A stretch of 64,000 bases of DNA from an uncultured Bacilli bacterium (GCA_947627355.1 CANQVX010000005.1:21341-85340), one strand, 5' to 3'; positions 26,023-34,566 are shown, numbered from the stretch's first letter. Program-made: numbers and translations. The notes: a model not told the origin generated them from the letters alone.

Positions 26023-27056
26023 GATTTTCCCTCGCTTTTTGCTCTTAATTGACCACAGGCTGCATCAATATCGTTACCAAATTCCCTTCTTATTGTAACA
26101 TTTATTTTTTCTTTTTTTAAGATGTTATAGAAATTATTTATATTTTTTTCGCTACTACGTTTATAAATATTTTCACTAACAGCGTTATATGGAATCAAAT
26201 TCACATAACAACAAGTATCCTTTAAATACGCTGCTAATTCATAAGCATTTTCGCTAGAATCATTGATTCCATCGAGTAATAAATATTCAAAGGTAACTCT
26301 TCTATTTGTCTTTGTTTCATATTCTATCAAGGCTTCTTTTAATGTTTCCATGTTATAAACATGATTTATTTTCATGATTTTATCACGGATTGTATCATTA
26401 GGAGCATGTAATGAAACAGCCAAGTTAATTTGTAGTTTTTCATTTATTAAGGCTTTTATTTTAGGCACTATACCACTGGTTGAAACACTAATATGTCTAG
26501 CACCAATTGCTAAACCTTTAGCTTCATTAATGATATAAATAAAATTCATAACATTTTCATAGTTATCAAATGGTTCACCAATACCCATAACAACAACATG
26601 AGATACTCTTTCATTAGTTTTATCTAATTCTTGTTGGGCTACTAGTATTTGACCGACCATTTCATGTACTTGTAAATCTCTTACTTTTTTAAGTAAGCCT
26701 GAAGCACAAAAACTACAACCCATGTTACAACCAACTTGAGATGAAACACAAACAGCATTACCATAGACATAACGCATGATAACAGTTTCTACACATCGTT
26801 TATCTTCAAGTTCAAGTAAAAACTTAATAGTTCCATCACTTGCCACTTGTTTTTTAACAACTTTTGGTAAATCAATACTAAAACTGCTTTTTAAAGTTTC
26901 TCTAAGTGGAAGTGATAAATTGCTCATTTTGTCGAAAGAATCGACTCTACTTTGATATAACCAACGTAATATTTGTTCACCATTATATTTTTTAAATCCT
27001 AGGTTTTCGACAATGGTTTGAAGTTTTTCAAGATTCCAATCATAAATACTAATCAT
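26019..27056 (-). CDS. rlmN: 23S rRNA/tRNA adenine-C2 methyltransferase RlmN (radical SAM)
   Basis: CNMGCSFCASG radical-SAM cluster motif and C-terminal DIDAACGQL. ATG at 27056 overlaps the rsmB stop. Confidence 0.95.
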   Translation of the reverse strand: MISIYDWNLEKLQTIVENLGFKKYNGEQILRWLYQSRVDSFDKMSNLSLPLRETLKSSFSIDLPKVVKKQVASDGTIKFLLELEDKRCVETVIMRYVYGNAVCVSSQVGCNMGCSFCASGLLKKVRDLQVHEMVGQILVAQQELDKTNERVSHVVVMGIGEPFDNYENVMNFIYIINEAKGLAIGARHISVSTSGIVPKIKALINEKLQINLAVSLHAPNDTIRDKIMKINHVYNMETLKEALIEYETKTNRRVTFEYLLLDGINDSSENAYELAAYLKDTCCYVNLIPYNAVSENIYKRSSEKNINNFYNILKKEKINVTIRREFGNDIDAACGQLRAKSEGKS

Positions 27057-28335
27057 TGTTATCACTATCCTTAATCATCTTAGCAATATAAAAACCATCG
27101 CTATCATGTTCAAATGGAAAGATTTGTTTTTCAACTATTAGTTTCATATCATGATGACGGCTAATAAACTTAGTGATTTGAAAATCATTTTCTTGTTTAG
27201 ATAAGGTGCAGGTACTATAAACTAAAGTACCACCTTGCTTTAATAAAGCATAAGCATTTTCAAGTAGTTTTTCTTGAATTGCTACGATTCCATCGAGTTT
27301 TTCTTGAGTTGATTCTAAAAAGATATCAGGTTTTCTTCTAACAACACCAAAACCAGAACAAGGTGCATCTAATAAAATCTTATCAAAATAATTGTTTCTA
27401 ACTTTGCTTGCTAGTAAGGTTGAATCATAACATTTAGTTGTAACATTATGATAACCATATTTAGTAAGACTATTATTCATAAGTTGTACACGATGTTCAT
27501 GAATATCAATAGCTAGTATTTTTCCTTCATCTTTCATTAAAGATGCCACATGTAGTAGTTTAGATCCAGGTGCTGCACACATATCTAAAACTCTTTCATT
27601 AGGTTTAGGATCTAATACTAATGAAACATATTGAGATGATTCATCTTGAATAGCTATATAACCTTTTTTAAAGGCTGTGGTTTGACTAATATTTCCTTTA
27701 TTAGTGTAATAAAAAGCATTTTCAAGCCAATTAGTTGAAACAAAGCCTTCTTCTTGTAATAGTTTTTCTTTGCTACAATGGTTGATATCAAGTCTAACAG
27801 TTAAAGGTGCTTCTTTTAAATTAGCATTTAAGATAGCATAAGTGTTTTGAATACCATAATATTTTTCCCACATCTTAATAATCCAAATAGGAGTGTTATA
27901 GATGATTTGATAATATTCATATTTATCTTTGAAATCTTCTAATTTAGGTTCTAGTTTTTCTCTACTTAAAGTTCTTAAAATAGCATTAGCAAAGTTAGCA
28001 CCCCAAGTACCATCTAAAGACTTAGCTATATCAACAGCTTCATTAATAATGGCATAACTTGGAACCTTATCAAGATATCGCATTTGATATAATGATAACA
28101 TTAATAATATTTCCATCTTAGGTTTTAGTTGTTTTTTCTTCGTAAGCCTTTGTTTTATTTCCCAACTTAGAAGTAAATAATGTTGTAAAGTTCCATAGAC
28201 AATATTAGTAAGCAAAGCCTTATCTTTATCATTTAAATTGGCTGTTCTTAAAATGTTATCTAAGTCTAGATTACTATAACTTTTGTCGATAAAAACGCGA
28301 CATAAACAATTAAAAGCATATTCTCTAACGTTCAT
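27049..28335 (-). CDS. rsmB: 16S rRNA m5C967 methyltransferase RsmB
   Basis: NusB-like N-terminal domain. SAM motif DMCAAPGSK, catalytic DAPCSG and TCT motifs. Confidence 0.9.
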   Translation of the reverse strand: MNVREYAFNCLCRVFIDKSYSNLDLDNILRTANLNDKDKALLTNIVYGTLQHYLLLSWEIKQRLTKKKQLKPKMEILLMLSLYQMRYLDKVPSYAIINEAVDIAKSLDGTWGANFANAILRTLSREKLEPKLEDFKDKYEYYQIIYNTPIWIIKMWEKYYGIQNTYAILNANLKEAPLTVRLDINHCSKEKLLQEEGFVSTNWLENAFYYTNKGNISQTTAFKKGYIAIQDESSQYVSLVLDPKPNERVLDMCAAPGSKLLHVASLMKDEGKILAIDIHEHRVQLMNNSLTKYGYHNVTTKCYDSTLLASKVRNNYFDKILLDAPCSGFGVVRRKPDIFLESTQEKLDGIVAIQEKLLENAYALLKQGGTLVYSTCTLSKQENDFQITKFISRHHDMKLIVEKQIFPFEHDSDGFYIAKMIKDSDNND

Positions 28336-28350
28336 AAAATTACTTCCTTT

Positions 28351-30567
28351 CTAGAGCATCTTATAAGTATCGATATCAAAGACAATACTACATTTTTTAT
28401 TTGCTAATTCTTTATTAAATTTGTCGACTATTTCATGAAAAGATTCAATAATTAAATCTCTGTTTTTGGATTTAACTAGAATTCTTATTTTAAACTTACT
28501 GTTTTCTTTAAAGACATATGGGAAGGCTGGTCCTAGTAATTCAAATTGATTCTTTTCGTTTAAATAGGCAAAGATTTTATCACCAACTAAGATAGCATTT
28601 TCGGGTTTTTCACATAATATAGTGATTGATGATAAATACGAAAATGGGGGATAATTACGTCTATTTCTAAAGGCCATATCGTATTTAAAGAAGCCTTGAT
28701 AATCATGTTTTGCTGCCATTTGAATAGCATAATGATTAGGGTTATAAGTTTGGATGATAACATTTCCTTCTTTTAATCCTCTGCCGGCTCTACCTGCTAC
28801 TTGTGATAATAATTCAAAAGTAAATTCATTACTTCTAAAATCAGCTACAGCAAGTGTGATATCAGCATCAATTACCCCTACTAAGGTTACATCATGAAAA
28901 TCTAAACCTTTAGCAACCATTTGCGTTCCAAGTAGGATGTTATAATCTTCTTTTTGAAACTTTTCTAGTATTTTTAAATGGCCTAGTTTGATACTTGTAG
29001 TATCATTATCCATTCTTAAAATCTTAGCATTAGGATATTCATTTTGAATGATTTCTTCGATCTTTTGAGTACCTGTTCCCATGTATAGAAAATCAGTTCC
29101 ATTACATTTAGGACAAACATGGGAAAACTTCACTTCATGATTACAATAATGACATTTAAAGATATCGCCTTTTTTATGATAACTCATTGATAATTCACAA
29201 TTAGGACATTTAAAAGTATAGCCACATTTTCTACATGAGACATATGGTGAATAACCTCGTCTATTATGTAAAAGAATGATTTTTTCATTGTTTTGTAACG
29301 TTTCTTTAATAGCTGTGTCTAGAGTTTTAGATATTAAAGAAACACCTTCTTTTAGAAAATCATCACGCATATTAACAATCTTACAAGTAGGTAAGGTATG
29401 TAAATTAGCCCTTTTAGTTAAATAAACTGGTAAATAAACATTTTTAGATGCTCTAGCTTTTGATTCAAAACTAGGAGTGGCACTACCAAGTACTACTTTA
29501 GCATTATTTTGTTTAGCTCTAAAGATAGCGATATCACGAGCATGATAAGTTGGCATATTATCTTGTTTATAACTTGTTGAATGTTCTTCATCTAGAATAA
29601 TAATACCAATGTTTTTTAAAGGTGCAAAGATGGCTGAACGAGCACCAATTACTACTCGCGCCTTACCACTTTTAATCTTTTCATATTGTTGTTTTTTTTC
29701 AGTGGCTGATAGGTTTCCATGTAAAATTGCTATATCTTGATAAAACCATTGTTGGAATCGTTGAATAATCATTGGTGTTAATGATATTTCAGGAACTAAA
29801 ACAATGGCTGTTTTATTTTGTTTTAGATAATAATCAACTAGATTTAGATAGACTTCAGTTTTACCACTTCCAGTGACCCCTTGAAGTAAATAAACTTGAT
29901 GATCATCTTGAATAATTTTGTTATAAGCTGCTTGTTGTTCATTATTCATGACAAATCGATTGATTAAAGTAACAGCCTGATAATTTTTTAAATAATCTTG
30001 TACTTGTTCTTCATCAACTAATTTAACTAAACCTAGACTTTCTAATTTTTTTATAATAACTGGATTATTAAAATCTTTTAGATAAGCACTTTTTAAGATA
30101 ACTAGTTTATCATAGATTTCTTTTTGTCTTTTGGTTAGTTTTTCTAATTGTTTTTCACTTGCTTTTATAACTTGAATCTTTTTTACGATTCTACCATGTA
30201 TTGGCTTTAAACTTGAACTTTGAGGCTTATATTGAGGTGGTAAAATAGTTTGAATACAACTAATTAATGGAGTTACATATTCATAAGACATAAATTTAGC
30301 AACTTCAAATAAATCATCATCTAATACTTTTTTACTATCAATTATGGAGTGGATAAATTTATATTTTATCTTATCTTGTTTACATAACTCTTCATAGGAT
30401 AATGAAGTATGTTTAACATCAGTTACATAACCTAAGATGTTTTGTTTTCCAAAGGGAACATAAACTCTATAACCAACATCAACATTAGCTTCATCACTAG
30501 CTAAATAAGAAAAGGAAGTGTTTAATGACAATGAACGATGTTCAACATAAACATTTAAAATTTTCAT
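28351..30567 (-). CDS. priA: primosomal replication-restart helicase PriA
   Basis: Walker A GVTGSGKTEVY, DEEH box, and a Cys-rich zinc insertion (CRKCGYTFKCPNCELSMSYH...CHYC...CPKC). Confidence 0.95.
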   Translation of the reverse strand: MKILNVYVEHRSLSLNTSFSYLASDEANVDVGYRVYVPFGKQNILGYVTDVKHTSLSYEELCKQDKIKYKFIHSIIDSKKVLDDDLFEVAKFMSYEYVTPLISCIQTILPPQYKPQSSSLKPIHGRIVKKIQVIKASEKQLEKLTKRQKEIYDKLVILKSAYLKDFNNPVIIKKLESLGLVKLVDEEQVQDYLKNYQAVTLINRFVMNNEQQAAYNKIIQDDHQVYLLQGVTGSGKTEVYLNLVDYYLKQNKTAIVLVPEISLTPMIIQRFQQWFYQDIAILHGNLSATEKKQQYEKIKSGKARVVIGARSAIFAPLKNIGIIILDEEHSTSYKQDNMPTYHARDIAIFRAKQNNAKVVLGSATPSFESKARASKNVYLPVYLTKRANLHTLPTCKIVNMRDDFLKEGVSLISKTLDTAIKETLQNNEKIILLHNRRGYSPYVSCRKCGYTFKCPNCELSMSYHKKGDIFKCHYCNHEVKFSHVCPKCNGTDFLYMGTGTQKIEEIIQNEYPNAKILRMDNDTTSIKLGHLKILEKFQKEDYNILLGTQMVAKGLDFHDVTLVGVIDADITLAVADFRSNEFTFELLSQVAGRAGRGLKEGNVIIQTYNPNHYAIQMAAKHDYQGFFKYDMAFRNRRNYPPFSYLSSITILCEKPENAILVGDKIFAYLNEKNQFELLGPAFPYVFKENSKFKIRILVKSKNRDLIIESFHEIVDKFNKELANKKCSIVFDIDTYKML

Positions 30568-30587
30568 TGTGCTTCACTCCCTTTTTT

Positions 30588-31157
30588 CTATTTTAGATTG
30601 CTGTAATGTTTGATTATATTTGCTATTTCTTCACTTGCTTTAGCAATGGTGTTATTGATAACGACATATTTATAATCGTTTTGTAGTTTCATTTCTCTTT
30701 TAGCTTTACTTAATCTTTGTTGAATGATTTCTTCAGGTTCACTACGTCTACCTCTGATTCTATTTTCTAGTTCTTGAAAGCTAGGTGGAACCATGAAGAT
30801 TGTAATGGCATCTGGACATTTTTTCATTACTTGTTTAGCTCCTTCGATTTCAATTTCAAGTAAAACATTTCGTCCAGCATTTAATAAATTTTCCACAAAT
30901 GATTTAGGTGTACCATATTTATTTCCGACAAATTCGGCCCATTCTAGTAATTCATCATTTTCAATCGCTTTGTTAAATTCTTCATCAGTTACAAAAAAGT
31001 AATCTTCACCATCTTTTTCATTAACTCTGGCCTTTCTTGTTGTCATTGAAATAGAATAAGCTAGGTTTAAATCAGACATGGCCATAACTGATTCACGGAT
31101 AGTACCTTTACCTACCCCGCTAGGTCCACTTAAAATAAATAATGTCCCACGTTTCAT
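30588..31157 (-). CDS. gmk: guanylate kinase
   Basis: P-loop SGPSGVGKGT. Start trimmed to the ATG preceded by GGAG; the ORF-track extension to 31250 has no RBS. Confidence 0.95.
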   Translation of the reverse strand: MKRGTLFILSGPSGVGKGTIRESVMAMSDLNLAYSISMTTRKARVNEKDGEDYFFVTDEEFNKAIENDELLEWAEFVGNKYGTPKSFVENLLNAGRNVLLEIEIEGAKQVMKKCPDAITIFMVPPSFQELENRIRGRRSEPEEIIQQRLSKAKREMKLQNDYKYVVINNTIAKASEEIANIIKHYSNLK

Positions 31158-31172
31158 TAAAATCAACTCCTT

Positions 31173-31194
31173 AAAATCATTTATAAATGATTTT
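31173..31194. promoter_or_regulatory. perfect 22-bp palindrome AAAATCATTTATAAATGATTTT in the gmk leader / gmk-rqcH divergent region
   Basis: Read directly from the sequence. Lies immediately upstream of the gmk RBS. The function is inferred only. Confidence 0.25.
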
Positions 31195-31296
31195 GTCTCT
31201 ATCATTATACGAAAATTGGGGATTGTTTTCAATGAATAGATGTAAAACAAATAACTAAATCTTGAAAAATATGCTATGATGATAGTGGTGATGAAA

Positions 31297-32877
31297 ATGG
31301 CTCTAGATTTTTTAATGTTTCATAGAATTGTAGAATTAACTAGAAAAGAAATTTTAAATGGCAAGATAACTAAAGTTAGTCAAATTTCAAGTGAAGAAAT
31401 ATTATTTGAAATTAGAGCTAATCAACAAAACTATTACATGCTTATAAGCACTCATCCTTTAATGCCATATCTAAATCTTATTACTAAAAAACCTACCAGT
31501 ATCACAACAAGTAATAATTTAACACTATTACTTAAAAAGCATTTAGAAAACGGTAAAATAGTTAACATAAGTCAACAAAATAACGATAGAATCGTACTTT
31601 TTGAAATAGAAAATAGAGACGAATACTACATGCATAGCATTAAAAAAGTGTATGTTGAATTAATTGGTAGAGCATCTAATCTAATACTTACTGATAAAGA
31701 TAATGTAATCATTGATTGTATGAAGAAGATACCAGTTCAATATAATAATCTTAGAACTTTACTTCCTAATATGACCTATGAATTACTAGAAAAACCGGCT
31801 AATTATCAAATACCTGTATCTATTCAAAATGAACTTGAATATCGCAATATAAATCTCGATGAATTAACTAAAATTGTCGATTCTAGTGACAAAATTTACA
31901 TCACAGAAAATAAAAATAAGAAAGATTTTCACTTCTTTCCATTTCTAAATCTAAAAGGTAAAGTAATTGAATATAACTGGAACGAAGGAATTGAAGCTTA
32001 TTATCAAGACACTTTAAATAACGAAAGAAAAAGACAAGCTACTGCTAGTCTTGAAAAAGTTATTAAAAGTGAACTAAAAAGAAACAAAGTAAAGATAAGT
32101 AAACTACAACAAGATTTACAAAATGCTATGCTTGCTGATATCTATAAATATTATGCTGATTTATTATTAACCTATGGTCAAGATATTAAAAAATTATCGA
32201 ATCCAACGGAAATTTATGATGAAGAGAATAATAAAACTGTCACAATTCCAGTTGATGATAGACGAGATGTTTTTAGTAACGCAAATGCGTTTTATAAAAA
32301 ATATCGTAAAGCAAAAGTGGCTCAAGAAAAAGTTCAAGAACAAATTGATTTAACTTCTAATCAAATTGATTATTTGAATTCTATTCAATATTATCTTAAC
32401 AATGCTACAGGTATTGCTTTAAAAGAAATCGAAGAAGAATTAAAACAACAAGGTTTAATTAAGATTAAACATACTCCAGTTAATAAGAAAAATAAAAAGC
32501 CGGTTGAAAGAATTTATCGACCACTTCAATATTTTTATGAAGGTGTTCAAATATCAGTAGGTGAAAATAATCTTCAAAATGAATATCTAACCTTTAAAAT
32601 AGCTAAAAAGAATCATTATTATTTCCATGTTCAAGGTTTTCATGGAGCTCATGTGATTGTTCATAGTGATATCTTAACTGAACCACTTATTAGAATGGCC
32701 GCCAATCTTGCTAGTTTACATAGTGAAGCTAATGCTTCATCAAGTGTAGCAGTTGATTATACTAGAGTTAAAAATGTAAAAAAAATTCCGGGAGGTAAAC
32801 CCGGAAAAGTAATTATCAGCAATCAAAAAACAATCTATATTGATCCTGATAAATCAATGCTAAAGAAACTATCTTAA
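31297..32877 (+). CDS. rqcH: RqcH / NFACT-family ribosome quality control protein (formerly fibronectin-binding protein A)
   Basis: About 526 aa. NFACT-N, coiled-coil middle and NFACT-R regions (GFHGAHVIV, VDYT..KNVKKIPGGKPG). Start set at MALDF after GGTGATG. Confidence 0.85.
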   Translation: MALDFLMFHRIVELTRKEILNGKITKVSQISSEEILFEIRANQQNYYMLISTHPLMPYLNLITKKPTSITTSNNLTLLLKKHLENGKIVNISQQNNDRIVLFEIENRDEYYMHSIKKVYVELIGRASNLILTDKDNVIIDCMKKIPVQYNNLRTLLPNMTYELLEKPANYQIPVSIQNELEYRNINLDELTKIVDSSDKIYITENKNKKDFHFFPFLNLKGKVIEYNWNEGIEAYYQDTLNNERKRQATASLEKVIKSELKRNKVKISKLQQDLQNAMLADIYKYYADLLLTYGQDIKKLSNPTEIYDEENNKTVTIPVDDRRDVFSNANAFYKKYRKAKVAQEKVQEQIDLTSNQIDYLNSIQYYLNNATGIALKEIEEELKQQGLIKIKHTPVNKKNKKPVERIYRPLQYFYEGVQISVGENNLQNEYLTFKIAKKNHYYFHVQGFHGAHVIVHSDILTEPLIRMAANLASLHSEANASSSVAVDYTRVKNVKKIPGGKPGKVIISNQKTIYIDPDKSMLKKLS

Positions 32878-33099
32878 ACCTTGTTGAGTATTTCCTGGAC
32901 AAACATTTTCTTCACTTGTACTTCTTACGATTTCATAAGTGTAACAAGGAACAAAATGGTTAACAACGTGAGTTCTAACAGGGATAATTACAGGTTGGTT
33001 ATAACGATGAGTGCAGTGAACTACACAAACTCTTTCAGGACAAACAATAGGAGTGCATCCGCAAGGGTTAACTGTTTGATTATTCATGTTTGTATTCAT
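32869..33099 (-). CDS. small Cys/His/Val/Pro-rich protein, CotD (inner spore coat protein D)-like
   Basis: 76 aa. AAGGAGG lies 8 nt before ATG 33099. PIVCPERVCVVHCTHRYNQPVIIPVRTHVVNHFVPCYTY follows the CotD-type pattern (V.P..C...H......I.P..H...VNH). Overlaps the rqcH 3' end by 9 nt, convergent. Confidence 0.6.
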   Translation of the reverse strand: MNTNMNNQTVNPCGCTPIVCPERVCVVHCTHRYNQPVIIPVRTHVVNHFVPCYTYEIVRSTSEENVCPGNTQQGLR

Positions 33100-33180
33100 A
33101 ATTTTATCCTCCTTCACTAATTAAAAATATGCTTCTATAAATAGTTAAGTTAGGATAAAACCTAGATTTATAAAAATAAT

Positions 33181-33220
33181 AAAAAAGTTAGTTTCGACCG
33201 ACAGAAACTAACCTTTTTTT
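33181..33220. terminator. bidirectional rho-independent terminator
   Basis: A6, then GTTAGTTTC / GAAACTAAC stem with an 8-nt loop, then T7. Confidence 0.75.
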
Positions 33221-33232
33221 AACAAGTTTATA

Positions 33233-33307
33233 TTAGAAAATCCAGCAAGCGCCGATAATGACTAGTAGAATAAATAAGACTAAAAATAAAGCATATTGTC
33301 CTTGCAT
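33233..33307 (-). CDS. 24-aa tiny hydrophobic protein, YjcZ / tiny_TM_bacill family-like
   Basis: Not in the ORF track because it is too short. GGGAGG lies 7 nt before the ATG. Translates to MQGQYALFLVLFILLVIIGACWIF, matching the FALLVVLFILLIIVG core of YjcZ-type sporulation peptides. Confidence 0.6.
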   Translation of the reverse strand: MQGQYALFLVLFILLVIIGACWIF

Positions 33308-33355
33308 AATTATCCTCCCTTCTTACGACATTTTTTATTTATGAAAAACTATAAA

Positions 33356-33493
33356 TTAGTATAGATAGATTGATCCGATGATAACAAGTAAAATGAATAA
33401 CACTAAGATTAAAACAAAACTTGTTCCAGTTCCACCACATGTATTAGTTACAGGTGTAGTTCCACAAGGGCAATTACATGTTTGATTGTTCAT
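33356..33493 (-). CDS. 45-aa protein: Cys-rich N-terminus fused to a YjcZ-like TM helix
   Basis: Not in the ORF track. AAGGAGG lies 7 nt before the ATG. Translates to MNNQTCNCPCGTTPVTNTCGGTGTSFVLILVLFILLVIIGSIYLY. Confidence 0.6.
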   Translation of the reverse strand: MNNQTCNCPCGTTPVTNTCGGTGTSFVLILVLFILLVIIGSIYLY

Positions 33494-33610
33494 AGTAAAC
33501 CTCCTTTTGTCTTTCTATGATATACTATGAACATTTTTAATTTTTTGACACAAAAAAATACCCACACAATGTGCAGGTATTAATTTAAAAATTATTATTT
33601 GATTACTTGA

Positions 33611-34354
33611 TTACTTTTCGAAAACGAAATTGAATGTTTCTTTTTCTTCAACAACTGTAACGTTTTTAGTATCAGGAGCAGTTTGTTTAATGTAATTTTT
33701 AACGATTGCTAAACTTGCAACGATATCACTTTCATCTACGCCAGCTTTTTGTAAAAGAACAAGCTTAATTTCTTTTTCAGTATGTTCTTGACCTTCATAG
33801 AACCAATGAAGTTCATTAGGTTCGCTAACTTTAACTTCATCTTTTTCTTCTGGTTGTTCTTTTTCAACAAATTCAGGTTCAGGTTCCTTTTCTTCTGGTT
33901 CAGGTTGTTTTTCTTCTTCTTGTTTTTTAGCTTCTTCAGCAGCTTTTCTTTCTTCTTCTGCTCTACGTTTTTCTTCAGCTTCTCTTTGTCTTTCTTCAGC
34001 CATAGCAACTTCAGCAGCAGCAGTAACTGCAGCAGCAGCATCAAAAGCAGCACCAACATTTTCGTCTTCTACTTCAATTGCTTCGGGTTTTGGTTGTAAT
34101 TCAAAATAAGGTTTGAAAGTAACAACATAGTGTTCAGGAACTACTTCTACTTGTTGGGTAACAAGGTTAACTTGTTCCTTTGCCATTGTTTTTCTTAATT
34201 TAAATACACCAAAGTTAGCAATTTTAAGCGCATCTTCTTCTGAAATGTTTTCTTTTAAACAATCAAAAATAAAATCATAATAATCTTTAGCGTCTTTTTT
34301 AGAACATCCAAGTCTTTCAACAAGAACATTAACCCAATCTTTTTGTTTTAACAT
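33611..34354 (-). CDS. HU/IHF-fold DNA-binding domain fused to a Glu/Lys/Ala-rich linker and a C-terminal domain of unknown function
   Basis: Residues 1-88 align by eye to HU (LSKKDA-type helix GCSKKDAKDYYDFIFDCL, FGVFKLRK...VVTFKP arm). Residues about 100-175 are low-complexity AAAEVAMAEERQREAEEKRRAEEERKAAEEAKKQEEEKQPEPEEKEPEPE. Confidence 0.7.
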   Translation of the reverse strand: MLKQKDWVNVLVERLGCSKKDAKDYYDFIFDCLKENISEEDALKIANFGVFKLRKTMAKEQVNLVTQQVEVVPEHYVVTFKPYFELQPKPEAIEVEDENVGAAFDAAAAVTAAAEVAMAEERQREAEEKRRAEEERKAAEEAKKQEEEKQPEPEEKEPEPEFVEKEQPEEKDEVKVSEPNELHWFYEGQEHTEKEIKLVLLQKAGVDESDIVASLAIVKNYIKQTAPDTKNVTVVEEKETFNFVFEK

Positions 34355-34377
34355 GTCTAATCCCCCTATTCGAGCCC

Positions 34378-34407
34378 ATTATAGTATAAAAACCGTGTTT
34401 TGTCCAA
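34378..34407 (-). promoter_or_regulatory. sigma-A-type promoter of the HU-like gene
   Basis: On the minus strand: TTGGAC, 18 nt, TATAAT, then AGGGGGAT RBS and the ATG. Confidence 0.5.
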
Positions 34408-34433
34408 CATTTTTTCAAATTAAAAAGAAATCC

Positions 34434-34449
34434 TCGAAAATATTTTCGA
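34434..34449. promoter_or_regulatory. perfect 16-bp palindrome TCGAAAATATTTTCGA (candidate operator)
   Basis: Read directly. Lies 27 bp upstream of the -35 element of the HU-like gene, within the divergent intergenic region. Confidence 0.3.
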
Positions 34450-34537
34450 AACTAAATTTTATGTGATTAAAAAACCATAAAATTACAAAAATAAAAGAGG
34501 GGATATATATTATATATATATTTTTGTTAAAAAAATG

Positions 34538-34566
34538 TTGATTGTAAAAGCGACTTATGCTAAAAT
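34538..34566 (+). promoter_or_regulatory. sigma-A-type promoter of the prsA-like operon
   Basis: TTGATT, 17 nt, TAAAAT. AAAGGAGG RBS at 34584-34591. Confidence 0.55.

Noticed and set aside
32881-33120. Plus-strand 79-aa ORF overlapping the CotD-like gene
   Set aside because: No RBS and no recognisable motif. The minus-strand frame has AAGGAGG at ideal spacing and a CotD-like pattern.
33736-34099. ORFs 33736-34059 (-) and 33782-34099 (+) inside the HU-like gene
   Set aside because: Alternative-frame and antisense readings of the GAA/AAA/GCA-rich low-complexity linker give poly-Leu/Lys or poly-Phe artefacts.
34504-34524. (TA)n-like microsatellite ATATATATTATATATATATAT considered as a repeat or CRISPR-like signal
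   Set aside because: A single short AT dinucleotide tract in a promoter region, with no spacer-repeat periodicity. No CRISPR array is present anywhere in the window.
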